A stretch of 64,000 nucleotides of DNA from a virus. Location: positions 25,200 through 89,199 of the IMG/VR virus record IMGVR_UViG_3300044979_000004; one strand, given 5' to 3'. Positions 48,455-57,744 of the stretch are shown piece after piece. Every line of letters starts with the position of its first letter. The first letter of the stretch is position 1. The notes beneath the pieces were generated by a model that was not told the origin of the DNA, did no database searches, and saw only the letters and a list, made by a program, of their open reading frames with translations. The position numbers were made by a program, and so were the translations under genes.

Positions 48455-50083
48455 TTATCCCTTCTGTGCCTTACCTGCGCCGATCAGCTTACTGGCCCAA
48501 CCCCTCGTCATGTTATGAGGTATAGGCTTCTTTTTGTAGATGCGCTTCAACATCCTCAACTGTCCGGGTGTCGGCTCTAGTTTGTGCCAGGGTGCATCTC
48601 TCTGCACTAATTTTAGCACATCCGGAGCAAATGTCTTAACCATGTTGTCGGCTGCTGCGAATGCTGAATCAAGTGAGTCACGCTCACCTTTGTATCTCTT
48701 GCCTTTTAGCTTACCACGTACTTCCCATTTGTCAAGTAAATTCTGCGTTACCCTGATTTCATCTTTGTCGGGCAGCAACATGACGTAGCCGCCAGTCGGC
48801 GCAGGGTGCCAGATCATCTCAGTATGAGCGTCAATCTCAGCCGGTATCTTCGGCTCCCACAAGTTGACTTCCTCAATAAATGCTTTAAGTTCGTTTATGT
48901 CTTTCAACGAAGTAAAGTCGATATGTGGGAATAGTTCTTGTTCCGCCTCAATAAGTTTTACAGCTTCTACCAAACCTTTTCCCTGCAAGTCCAGTTGGGA
49001 TGGCATTCCCAAGAGTGATGGCAGCATGATGAGGTTGTGTCTAGACGTGCTATCAACAACGTCGATCACAAGGCAATCAATCTTGCCAACGTACAGCCTT
49101 GTTCCTCTCCCAATGCACTGCGTAAACAGAACGCTTGACTTGGTAGGACGTGCTAGAATAATACAGGAGATTGCCGGGTCATCGTAGCCTTCCGTCAATA
49201 CTCCACAATTGGTCAGAACGTCTATCTTGCCTGCTTTGTGGTCTGCAATCTTTTGTGCTCTGTCCGGATCATCTCCCCAAACCGCCTCGGCTTTAACTCC
49301 GGCATCTTGAAACGCCTTGGCCAAGTCCTGCGCGTGCTGAATATCAACGGTAAAGGCGATGGTACGTCTGCCTTTTGCCTTCTCAATCCATGTCTTGACA
49401 ATGAGCTTGTTACGCGCTGGAGTGTTCACAGTCTGAGCTAGCTCTGATTGATTGAAGTCTCCAGCTTGTGTACTTACTTCGTCTAACGAAGTTTGAGTAT
49501 GAACTCTTATGCCTTTAACATCTACGAGCCACTTGTCTTCAATGGCTCTCCTGATATCATATGTATATACAATCTTGTCGTAGATTTCCGACAGCCCTTT
49601 ATTATCCGATCTTTGGGGAGTGGCAGTAAAGCCAACATGCAGCCTGCCGGAATCGGGCCGCATTACATCGGCCATCTCGTAGATGTTTTTATAGGAAGTA
49701 GAAGTAGAATGGTGGCACTCGTCCGTGATGATCGTCCTGATATTGTCCCACGGGAAGCGCTTAGCCCGGTCTGTGTTCTTTCTACCTATGGTTGCTACGC
49801 TTGCCACGATGATGTCTGACTCACCATCTGCCCAGTTTCCGGCCATCTCCTTCGAGATTTTGACGTGTGGATTAGACGTGTGCAGCTTGTCGATAGCCTG
49901 ATCAATCAGTTCTTCTCTATGCGCAAGCACAAGAGTCTGCCCAGGGATGTAATCTGGCAGATGAGCGAAGCACTGTGTCTTGCCGGTGCCTGTCGCCATG
50001 GCTACAACCTGACGGCTGATGCCTTTCTCGTGATTTGTCTTGATAGCGGCTAGCGCATCATTCTGGTAGTTTCTTAGTGGCAT
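48455..50083 (-). CDS. superfamily 2 DExH helicase
   Basis: ATGTGKT, DECHH, TAT, LTEGYD, QCIGRGTR. Confidence 0.93.
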   Translation of the reverse strand: MPLRNYQNDALAAIKTNHEKGISRQVVAMATGTGKTQCFAHLPDYIPGQTLVLAHREELIDQAIDKLHTSNPHVKISKEMAGNWADGESDIIVASVATIGRKNTDRAKRFPWDNIRTIITDECHHSTSTSYKNIYEMADVMRPDSGRLHVGFTATPQRSDNKGLSEIYDKIVYTYDIRRAIEDKWLVDVKGIRVHTQTSLDEVSTQAGDFNQSELAQTVNTPARNKLIVKTWIEKAKGRRTIAFTVDIQHAQDLAKAFQDAGVKAEAVWGDDPDRAQKIADHKAGKIDVLTNCGVLTEGYDDPAISCIILARPTKSSVLFTQCIGRGTRLYVGKIDCLVIDVVDSTSRHNLIMLPSLLGMPSQLDLQGKGLVEAVKLIEAEQELFPHIDFTSLKDINELKAFIEEVNLWEPKIPAEIDAHTEMIWHPAPTGGYVMLLPDKDEIRVTQNLLDKWEVRGKLKGKRYKGERDSLDSAFAAADNMVKTFAPDVLKLVQRDAPWHKLEPTPGQLRMLKRIYKKKPIPHNMTRGWASKLIGAGKAQKG

Positions 50084-50095
50084 CGGGTATTTCCT

Positions 50096-50410
50096 TCATT
50101 TCGGCCTCCATCCCTTCACTCTAGTAAATCGTACTACTAGGTTGTCTTCCGTTGTTGATAGAACTTCTATCTTAAGTTTGCCATCATGTACGGCCCGGTG
50201 ACACTGCGCACAAAGAGTCAGAATGTTGTTCATGTCATTTGTGCCCTGCTGTGATCTAAAAATGACATGATGCGGATGGAGATTTGACCTGTCGCTACAA
50301 TGGCGGCACTTCCAGTCATCTCTCCAATAGACCATGGTTGGATAGCGTTTAGTTGCTGCTGTCATTTGAACCAAATGGGAAAATACGCCCCGTAGTTCAG
50401 GCAGAACCAC
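50096..50410 (-). CDS. HNH endonuclease
   Basis: RD.WKC.HC, HH...S..G.....N..TLC..CH..VH. Confidence 0.85.
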   Translation of the reverse strand: MVLPELRGVFSHLVQMTAATKRYPTMVYWRDDWKCRHCSDRSNLHPHHVIFRSQQGTNDMNNILTLCAQCHRAVHDGKLKIEVLSTTEDNLVVRFTRVKGWRPK

Positions 50411-50438
50411 TGAGCGTTAATGATGAAAAGTCTGAACG

Positions 50439-50864
50439 TCACTTTGTCCTCACACAGTACGGCTTGAATACATTCTTGCTTTCGTCAGGAACAGTGTTAG
50501 ATTCTCCGTCCGTGATTTCGGTCTTTGTTGTCTTCTCTTCAATCACGAACCAGCTTACCACATAATCCTTGATTGCGCAAGTCGCTTTGCCGTCTACGTA
50601 CAACGGCTCAACCTTCAGGGTCGGATCGCCGTAAAGCTCGTACTTGAGTTGTGTATTCTCCGCAGCAAGCTTAGTGTTGCTGGTTTGCAGCCGGACAATT
50701 TCCTCCTCAAGTGTCTTGAACCTCGCCTGCCACTCGTCAATCTGTTTCTCGCTGATGCGGTAAAAAGATTCGGGTGCATCCTGTGCTAGGGCAAATCCGG
50801 TACAAGCAAGAGTCGAAATTAACAACAATGAACAGATGGCAGAGAACCCGATAGCTTTAAACAT
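50439..50864 (-). CDS. exported coiled-coil protein
   Basis: Signal peptide ending ALA/QD. Confidence 0.55.
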   Translation of the reverse strand: MFKAIGFSAICSLLLISTLACTGFALAQDAPESFYRISEKQIDEWQARFKTLEEEIVRLQTSNTKLAAENTQLKYELYGDPTLKVEPLYVDGKATCAIKDYVVSWFVIEEKTTKTEITDGESNTVPDESKNVFKPYCVRTK

Positions 50865-51051
50865 TATCCGGCCACCCTTCTTTCAAGTTCTTTCGTGAAG
50901 TTAATGAGAACATCCGGTTCTAAGATAATCTCATCGGCTACAGTCATCCCGTTGTAGGTGTACAGCGCGACTCCTAGGAACCCGTTGGGATTCTTTTGGA
51001 GGTACACGCTGTCACCAAGATAGACATCGCCTTTAGTCGGGTGAATGAACA

Positions 51052-51771
51052 TTACTCTCCTCCTAGAACTTCGTTTGCTGGATCAGATAGCCAGTCAGCA
51101 AAAATCATCTCTGCTGCGGACCCATCCGAGTAGTCTTGGCTGATCCCCTCGTCATCCTTTTTGGCACTTCCGAGGACTTTCTTAGCCAATTGTAGCGCAG
51201 GCTTGATCGTGTTGTCAAGGGCAGACTGCTTGACGTAGAGATGAATAAAGGACATGGCTTCTGAGCCGATCAACCCCTTTAGTGTCTTAACGTGATTTTT
51301 GATTTCTTCTAGGGACATTTCTGATCCCTTGTCCACAAATCCTACTACAAATGACTTAATAGGAATAGGGACGGATTCCGTTCCCTCTTCTGTATTGGGA
51401 TTAGTCCATGTACCGTTGATATCTAGACTGGCAATCTCCCTGAGCTTTGCAATTCCTAAGGGTTGATACTTGTCACGAGGAATTCCTATCTCACTCATTA
51501 CTTCCACGATGCGGGTTAGATATTGAGCCTTCCTTTGTTTGATATCTAGGCTCTTAGTAAATTCAGCGAATGTATTGAAGTCGTTGTAATAACCGTTCTT
51601 TTTAACGGTATACAATAGTTCCCCAATATCAAATGCCGATGAGTTAACACTAGCAATTAACTGTTCAAGTTGCTTACGGACCTTTGCTGACTGTCCGGCA
51701 ACTGCTTCACCCACCAAAACTGATTTGCTCGTCTCCACCTTTCTCCTGTAAACTTTCGATAACTGGCACAT
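51052..51771 (-). CDS. hypothetical helical DNA-binding-type protein
   Basis: IGELL..VK....Y..F.TF.EF pattern; the true start is probably near 51710. Confidence 0.45.
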   Translation of the reverse strand: MCQLSKVYRRKVETSKSVLVGEAVAGQSAKVRKQLEQLIASVNSSAFDIGELLYTVKKNGYYNDFNTFAEFTKSLDIKQRKAQYLTRIVEVMSEIGIPRDKYQPLGIAKLREIASLDINGTWTNPNTEEGTESVPIPIKSFVVGFVDKGSEMSLEEIKNHVKTLKGLIGSEAMSFIHLYVKQSALDNTIKPALQLAKKVLGSAKKDDEGISQDYSDGSAAEMIFADWLSDPANEVLGGE

Positions 51772-52258
51772 CCGTTAACCACTCGGCCCCCAGTTTCTTC
51801 TTTGAAATTCTCATGGCATCTTCACCGTACTGCTGCCGGACAAGTCCCAGGATAAACTGCATCTGTTCCTTGTACGTCTGAACGTAGTGATCTACACTGT
51901 AGAAGTTAGCAACTTTGGGAGTGTAGTGAAACACGTTCTCACGAGGGCCTATTACGCATATGGTCTTTCCAAGAGCCAATGCGTAGCCGAACTCAACATG
52001 CCGTCCGCCGCGCTTCCAGCCTTGCAGCGGGTCTTCAGAAAAGAAGATGACTACATCGGCAGCAGCCACATCCTCTAGGTCGATCTGGGCAGTTGCTTCG
52101 TAGAACTCTTTTGAATGATCGCCCATATCGCTGTTCACATCTTCCGTCTCATTCAGCCAGCGGGAAGTAGTCTCAATGCCTACCTCCTTGCGCAGCCTTT
52201 CAGCTACTTCTTTAAATTCTTCCCTTCGCGCGTAGCGCCCTGCCAAATAAGCCTTCAA
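51707..52258 (-). CDS. nucleoside 2-deoxyribosyltransferase / nucleotide N-glycosidase fold protein
   Basis: YLAG, DL..V..AD, GG..VEFGYA.ALGK. Confidence 0.8.
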   Translation of the reverse strand: MKAYLAGRYARREEFKEVAERLRKEVGIETTSRWLNETEDVNSDMGDHSKEFYEATAQIDLEDVAAADVVIFFSEDPLQGWKRGGRHVEFGYALALGKTICVIGPRENVFHYTPKVANFYSVDHYVQTYKEQMQFILGLVRQQYGEDAMRISKKKLGAEWLTDVPVIESLQEKGGDEQISFGG

Positions 52259-53277
52259 TTGATGTCCTCCTTGTTGATCATCTTCCAGATTGCCTTCTTG
52301 TAGTCTCCTTCATCAATTAGAGCGAAGCAGACACTTGAGTATTTAATACGCGTCTCCTCTTTGAAGAACTCAGCGAACTCTTTGCGAGTAGTACACACCT
52401 TCAAAGCCTCTTCTACGATGGACGTTACCGCTTTAAAGATTTGGTCGTATTCGGTTGTGCGCGTATTTAATACGCTTTCCTGCTTCTTAGCTTCCTGCTC
52501 CTCGTAGAACTTCTTTCTGTTCTCCAGATAGGTAGGAAATTTGATCTTCAACTTGAAAGGCGTTTTGCCGGGAATGTGGTATGTCACCACATAGCCCTCA
52601 AAGTGATTTCCCCAATCATCTCCGGTTAGTGCATCGCGCAAGCTTAGACCGTGCCATACAGGCGCTCTCAGATTGTTCTTTTTGGCATAGTTAAAAACGT
52701 CAAAAGGAGGCAACTCTTCTCCTGTTTCGTTATTGATAATAGCCAGTAAAAACAGTCCGTCCTTTTTGTATTTGATCACGTGTTCCTGAACGGTTTGGCA
52801 GATGATTTCGAACACTGGTGTATAGCCTTCGGGGAAAACAAGTTTACCGTGCTCCTCGATATGATCTTCAAGCCATTTGGTCGCCCACTTAGCATGGTCG
52901 GATGTGAAAGACCCTTTGGTGGCAATTCCCCAGTGAATACCGTAGCGCCAGAAGATACCTAATGAACCGTTGACCTTCTCTTGAATCACAGGAGGGCCAT
53001 ACACGTCATCTATAGTCTCCAGGCGTTCGTCGGTTTCTACGTCCTGTCCTTTGGAAAAGAATTTCTCGAAAGGACGAGCGATGATTTCAGTGGTATTTGT
53101 ATCTACAATCAGCCCACGGCACTTCCGCGTGACATCATCCCAAACGTGATCGAACAAACACTTCCGGCTGTAATGATAAAGAGCTAAGGGCAGAGTTGGG
53201 TGAAAATTTACCTGCACAATTCCACGTTGAATGTGATCCAACAACTTCTTTGTATCAAGATATTCAGCTAACTTCAT
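52255..53277 (-). CDS. RNA ligase, T4 Rnl1-like
   Basis: CRGLI, RPFEKFF, EKVNGSLG, ATKGSF, FE, EGYV, KIKF..Y. Confidence 0.9.
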   Translation of the reverse strand: MKLAEYLDTKKLLDHIQRGIVQVNFHPTLPLALYHYSRKCLFDHVWDDVTRKCRGLIVDTNTTEIIARPFEKFFSKGQDVETDERLETIDDVYGPPVIQEKVNGSLGIFWRYGIHWGIATKGSFTSDHAKWATKWLEDHIEEHGKLVFPEGYTPVFEIICQTVQEHVIKYKKDGLFLLAIINNETGEELPPFDVFNYAKKNNLRAPVWHGLSLRDALTGDDWGNHFEGYVVTYHIPGKTPFKLKIKFPTYLENRKKFYEEQEAKKQESVLNTRTTEYDQIFKAVTSIVEEALKVCTTRKEFAEFFKEETRIKYSSVCFALIDEGDYKKAIWKMINKEDIN

Positions 53278-53307
53278 GCCCTCTCCTTGGCGTGTGCTTA
53301 GTGCGTT

Positions 53308-53613
53308 TTACTTCTTTGTTGCCGGTGCCGTTGCTGGCTTTGCCGGTATAGGTGCGGTTGCTGGCTTGGATTCAACAAGGGTACCATTAGGCCCCAAGAT
53401 ATATCCAGGGTGATTCTTAGCAATGTCAATTGACAGTGCCTTCAAATCTGCCTGTGCCTGTGAGAATTCGGAGGCAACTTTCTGCAATCCGGCTCTCTCG
53501 CTAAATGAGAGGTCTGGAACCGCAGGAACAGAATCAATGGCTTGTGCCACGGCTACCCCAATCATCAGTCCCAGAAGTGCTGTTCCGATCAAATTAAAAC
53601 GGGATTTCGTCAT
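53308..53613 (-). CDS. small exported protein
   Basis: Signal peptide MTKSRFNLIGTALLGLMIGVAVA; Pro/Ala/Lys tail. Confidence 0.55.
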   Translation of the reverse strand: MTKSRFNLIGTALLGLMIGVAVAQAIDSVPAVPDLSFSERAGLQKVASEFSQAQADLKALSIDIAKNHPGYILGPNGTLVESKPATAPIPAKPATAPATKK

Positions 53614-54454
53614 CCAACCCTCCAACGTATTCTCCATCAATTGCGGCGTTGACTTCTGCTTCTTGCTGAGCCACGCTTTCCTGTTCGGCTTCAAGCTGTT
53701 TCTGCGCGGGCTTCTTGAGGCTGTCAATATAAGACAGGTAGATCGCCCCAAATTTCTCGCGCTCGTCCTCTGTGATCATCTTAAAGTCAGAGAACCGAGG
53801 TACGAAACTCTTGAACTTGCCACTGGTGATTTCTTTTACAGACAACTTGAACTTCACATCAAAGAGATTGGGATTCTTCCCCTGCGCCTTTGCCATGGCA
53901 ATAACCCTTGAGAGGTTCTGCATACCAGATTCAAACTCCGGCTTAGCCTTAGAACGGATGTACATGCGAACCGGCAACTGATACACCGTGTCCAAAAGTG
54001 TAACCTGGTAGTGAGCATCACACGGCGGGATTAGCGCCTTGTTAGTTGACCCACCATTTGCCTCTTTGTACTCTCTCCACGGTCCCCAGTCTTGTTTAGG
54101 ACAGTTCGCACACGTTACAGCTTGAGGGATTTTCGCCTTAGGATCAGGCTTAATCAGATCATTACTGTAACACATCAAATTCTCAAAAGTTCTATTCAAT
54201 TCTCCTGCATTGCCAATATGATACTGGCGTTGCTCGTGCGGCATAACAAGAAGGGTAGCCCAGATTTCATCGAACATATCCCCGGTTTCGCTGATTCGCA
54301 GTTTGCCTTTAATAGCTCCTTCAATTTGACTATTAGGTTGCACAATAGTCAAAGTTCCGGGCTTCACGGCGAACAATTTGTTCCCAAAATCTATTCCCAA
54401 TCCACCTTGTTCAATCGCTTCGGTGTTGTTAAGTACGGTAAGTTCAGTTCCCAT
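53594..54454 (-). CDS. probable ssDNA-binding protein with a Zn site (gp32-like)
   Basis: Acidic C-terminal tip DDEIPF, Cys cluster, adjacent to an exonuclease; AGGAG RBS before ATG 54454. Confidence 0.6.
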   Translation of the reverse strand: MGTELTVLNNTEAIEQGGLGIDFGNKLFAVKPGTLTIVQPNSQIEGAIKGKLRISETGDMFDEIWATLLVMPHEQRQYHIGNAGELNRTFENLMCYSNDLIKPDPKAKIPQAVTCANCPKQDWGPWREYKEANGGSTNKALIPPCDAHYQVTLLDTVYQLPVRMYIRSKAKPEFESGMQNLSRVIAMAKAQGKNPNLFDVKFKLSVKEITSGKFKSFVPRFSDFKMITEDEREKFGAIYLSYIDSLKKPAQKQLEAEQESVAQQEAEVNAAIDGEYVGGLDDEIPF

Positions 54455-54545
54455 TCTTCTCCTTAAGTTTCCCTCGGAGGGGCAGCAGTCATTAACCTCT
54501 GGAGGGAACCGCTGCCCCATTGCCGATAAATCTCAATCAATACAT

Positions 54546-55721
54546 CTATTCTAACACAGGTCCAAGCGACTTGTCAATACTTTTTTCTACAATTCCCAAC
54601 AATCTTTTCGCCTGAGTTTCCTCATACTTCTTCGCACAAGCTTGGCACGGCTCTTGAGTACCATTGCACTTCGTTGGCCTGACTCCCTTATAAGTACCAG
54701 ACTTCGGGCAGGCAACCTTGTGGATTTCTGCCTTTTCGTTGTCCTTCTGCCGCTTTTTCCACACCCGGTGTTCTTCCTTTTGTTCCATCATGCGTTCGTC
54801 CACAATTTGCATGGTTCTTGTGAGTACCAAAGCAGCTTCGAATGCGGCCCAATCGTCTTCAATGGTCTCCGGCCCCAGGTGCCATGCGTCGAAGTCGGCT
54901 GTGTCTTTACTCAACCTGATTATCCAACGATCTTTTACGTGTTCCCCGGTTTCCTCCTCATACGCTTTCAAATATGCAGCCGTCTGTAATAGGAACTCAT
55001 TGTACAGGTAGTTGGAAGTCTTCCAATCACAAATTGTCAGATGGTCTTTATATTTGGTCTTGCAGCAATCAGGATTATCACAAGAATCGGTAAGACACAA
55101 GCCGTCCATCGTCCCGGCATACCTAAATTTTCGGCTGTAGATTTTGCGCTCAGTAGAAATAAAACGGACATTGTGTTGAACCATCCAGTCAAGCGCAGCA
55201 ATGCAGGCACTCTTGGCCCGCATATCCTCTGGAGTATTGTCCAGTACCAACGCAGTCTGAGCTTCGTCACCTGCTAGAAGGGTTTTGATATAAACCTCAA
55301 TCCAAGAATGAGCTACGTGTCCAACTTCTCCGGCGTCCTCTAGCTTTTCCTTGTGGGCAGTCTTGCTAAGTTTGATAATCTCATCAAAGGTTGCCTTGCT
55401 CATACTCATGCTGGCATCTGACCCGGTGCCTACTACAAATGTAGATGCCAGTTTGTCAATCTTCTGAGCCATCATTTTGCAAGCCCAGGGAATCAGGATT
55501 TTTGATTTGTCAACGCTGTGAGACACTGAACTTACGCCCGGAATTTCTTCTAGGCCGTGTTTAGTCGGGAGTAAATAGCAATGTTGAGCAGGGTCGTACC
55601 TAATCTCAATGGTATGATTGTAGAACCAATAACTTTCAGTTAGCCCACCAAACCTCTGAATGAACTGTTCGATGTTTACCTGATCTTGTTGATTCTGTTG
55701 CTGTGCTTCTTGGTTTTCCAT
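54546..55721 (-). CDS. PD-(D/E)XK exonuclease
   Basis: G...H..IE, E, YAGT.D, DWKTS, Q..AY. Confidence 0.8.
   Translation of the reverse strand: MENQEAQQQNQQDQVNIEQFIQRFGGLTESYWFYNHTIEIRYDPAQHCYLLPTKHGLEEIPGVSSVSHSVDKSKILIPWACKMMAQKIDKLASTFVVGTGSDASMSMSKATFDEIIKLSKTAHKEKLEDAGEVGHVAHSWIEVYIKTLLAGDEAQTALVLDNTPEDMRAKSACIAALDWMVQHNVRFISTERKIYSRKFRYAGTMDGLCLTDSCDNPDCCKTKYKDHLTICDWKTSNYLYNEFLLQTAAYLKAYEEETGEHVKDRWIIRLSKDTADFDAWHLGPETIEDDWAAFEAALVLTRTMQIVDERMMEQKEEHRVWKKRQKDNEKAEIHKVACPKSGTYKGVRPTKCNGTQEPCQACAKKYEETQAKRLLGIVEKSIDKSLGPVLE
54548..54577 (-). promoter_or_regulatory. sigma70 promoter for the SSB-like gene
   Basis: TTGACA-18-TAGAAT on the - strand. Confidence 0.55.
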
Positions 55722-56075
55722 CCGATCCTTAAAATTCCATTAAGCTGCTTCTTTTCCATGCAGCGTCCACAGTACTGATTCTTCCGGCCCCAACGTCCGT
55801 AGATTGTCCACATGGCACAACCTACGAACCAACAAGCAAGGCGTCTAAGCTTCCATTTAATCCAGTCAGTCAAGATGCCATGATCCTCTCTATCGGTTCA
55901 ATGTTAGCTTCCGATACCTTGACGTGCCTGCCTTTACCAACAGGCATAATCTCGGCCAGACCGTTGACCCACGCATCAAACCGGCCAATGTACCAGCCAG
56001 ATTTGTAGTACCTTACCAATGTTCCCAGTACCAAACCTTCTGGTACTGGGATGACAACCTTACGCTTCGGCATTT

Positions 56076-56333
56076 TTACGCCTCTACCATCTCAAAGTCG
56101 ATGGTTTCTTGCACTCGTTGGCTGCGCTGCTCTCGTTCGAAGAACTCACGCTCGGCCCTCTTGAACCCCCTGATCCACCAGGATCGCTGCGGCTGATTGT
56201 TAAAAGGGCAGTTGTAGAAAGGAATTCTAATCCCAAATGCCGATGCTCCGGCCTTAGTTACGTTTTCTTCTCGGTTCTGAATCTTAGCAGGCTGCGCTAG
56301 AACTGTACGGCTAAATACTTTACGTCTCATCAT
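56076..56333 (-). CDS. Rmf-like small protein
   Basis: G..A...CPF...QRSWW.RG...A resembles ribosome modulation factor CPY...QRSQWLGGW. Confidence 0.55.
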   Translation of the reverse strand: MMRRKVFSRTVLAQPAKIQNREENVTKAGASAFGIRIPFYNCPFNNQPQRSWWIRGFKRAEREFFEREQRSQRVQETIDFEMVEA

Positions 56334-56339
56334 ATACCC

Positions 56340-56368
56340 ATTATACACAATTTCGTAGAAAAAAGCAA
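56340..56368 (-). promoter_or_regulatory. sigma70 promoter (leaderless mRNA) overlapping an upstream terminator hairpin
   Basis: TTGCTT-17-TATAAT with ATG 6 nt downstream; AAGCCCGTA/TACGGGCTT hairpin adjacent. Confidence 0.6.
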
Positions 56369-56678
56369 GCCCGTATTATTGGCGCTACGGGCTTGAGGTT
56401 AGGATGTTACAGCTATTGAAACAGTTCTTCTTTGAAGAGTTTCTTGCTATTGGTCTTGAGTTGCTGCTCAATAAACCGGGCAATCTGCTTGAAGGTTTTC
56501 CGCTTCCGAATAGATGTACCGTCATTTAAATCTGCCAAGGAATACAGGCTGGTAGGATCGTCACCCACGTACTCTCCAAGAGTATCGTTAAGGCCCGACA
56601 GGGCTAGGGCTTTTCTTCCAAGGGCCATATCAGTGCCATCATAATAAAACCTACAATTTCTTTGCGCAGGCTTTTTGA

Positions 56679-57263
56679 TTAGCTTCTTGTCTGCCAACAT
56701 CTTATCAAAAACTCCCAAACAGCAAAACTTGTGGGTTTCGGTGATCTGGTTGACCGTATGCAGACTTCCGTTGCCCTCTCGGTTAGATTCCATTCAGTCG
56801 AGTACACTTCCGTATCGAACATTTCGTCATCTAACTCCTGCACAGAAACGACCCCTAGGCATTTTGCCTTTGGTGCGAATACGTGCATCTTCCTTTGTAT
56901 TCTTTTGACCGTTGCTCCGCTATCTACAAAGTCATCTACTATAATGTACTTCTTAGTACCATCAAATCCCTCTACGTTATTTCCTGAATGGTTTTCGTCG
57001 TCCTCTTTGCGAACGAGTACCATTTCCTTTTCCAGGCGCAATGCAAGAATTGGACCGATAAGAGTACCAGATGATCCACTAAAAACTATCGTATCGTACG
57101 GTGCCGATATGGTTCGCATGGCCCTGGCTGCGTCTTGTGCGTGCTTCTTGAGGGATGCCGTACACACGAACTTTGTTATCCAACTCGATCCCCTATATCT
57201 CTCTCGCTTTACCATGCCACTCCTATGACATTGCTGCTGCAAAGGCTTTGCTGGCGGATTCAT
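56679..57263 (-). CDS. type I phosphoribosyltransferase-fold protein
   Basis: PRPP-binding loop IIVDDFVDSGAT; upstream LVRK. Confidence 0.75.
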   Translation of the reverse strand: MNPPAKPLQQQCHRSGMVKRERYRGSSWITKFVCTASLKKHAQDAARAMRTISAPYDTIVFSGSSGTLIGPILALRLEKEMVLVRKEDDENHSGNNVEGFDGTKKYIIVDDFVDSGATVKRIQRKMHVFAPKAKCLGVVSVQELDDEMFDTEVYSTEWNLTERATEVCIRSTRSPKPTSFAVWEFLIRCWQTRS

Positions 57264-57744
57264 CCGATTCTTTCAGATACTCGCCCGTGCTTTGGATCGA
57301 GCGATGGCCCAAATATTGACGAACCCGCTGAATTCCGATCTTATCAATCGTCTCCATAGCACAGGCGTGCTTTAGAGCGTGTGGGTGAAGTTTGTGCGCC
57401 GGAATGCCTGCCCTCTTGCCAGCCCGCTGCATGAGCTTTAGGACGCCGTTGCGGGTCATGGGAAACAATCGCTCGTGTTGTTTTAGTGTCTGTGCAAGCT
57501 CTGTCAGCCTGTCCGCCTCATTAAGCTCCGGCTCCGGGTGCCTAACGAATGGCTGCGTGGTCTTCATGGACCCTTTCAACCTTTGGACAGTAACGTAGCC
57601 GTCTCGGATGTTAGCCTTGGTCAAACTGATCAATTCACTCACCCTCAATGCATGTAAAAATCCCACGGCTATCATCAACTTTTGGCGCTCGTTTGGTATC
57701 TCTCGTATTAACTTAACGATTTCATCCTTGGTTAAGTATTGCAT
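57223..57744 (-). CDS. minimal tyrosine recombinase (catalytic domain only)
   Basis: LRVSE, RLKG, HALKH, LGH.SIQST..Y. Confidence 0.85.
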   Translation of the reverse strand: MQYLTKDEIVKLIREIPNERQKLMIAVGFLHALRVSELISLTKANIRDGYVTVQRLKGSMKTTQPFVRHPEPELNEADRLTELAQTLKQHERLFPMTRNGVLKLMQRAGKRAGIPAHKLHPHALKHACAMETIDKIGIQRVRQYLGHRSIQSTGEYLKESDESASKAFAAAMS

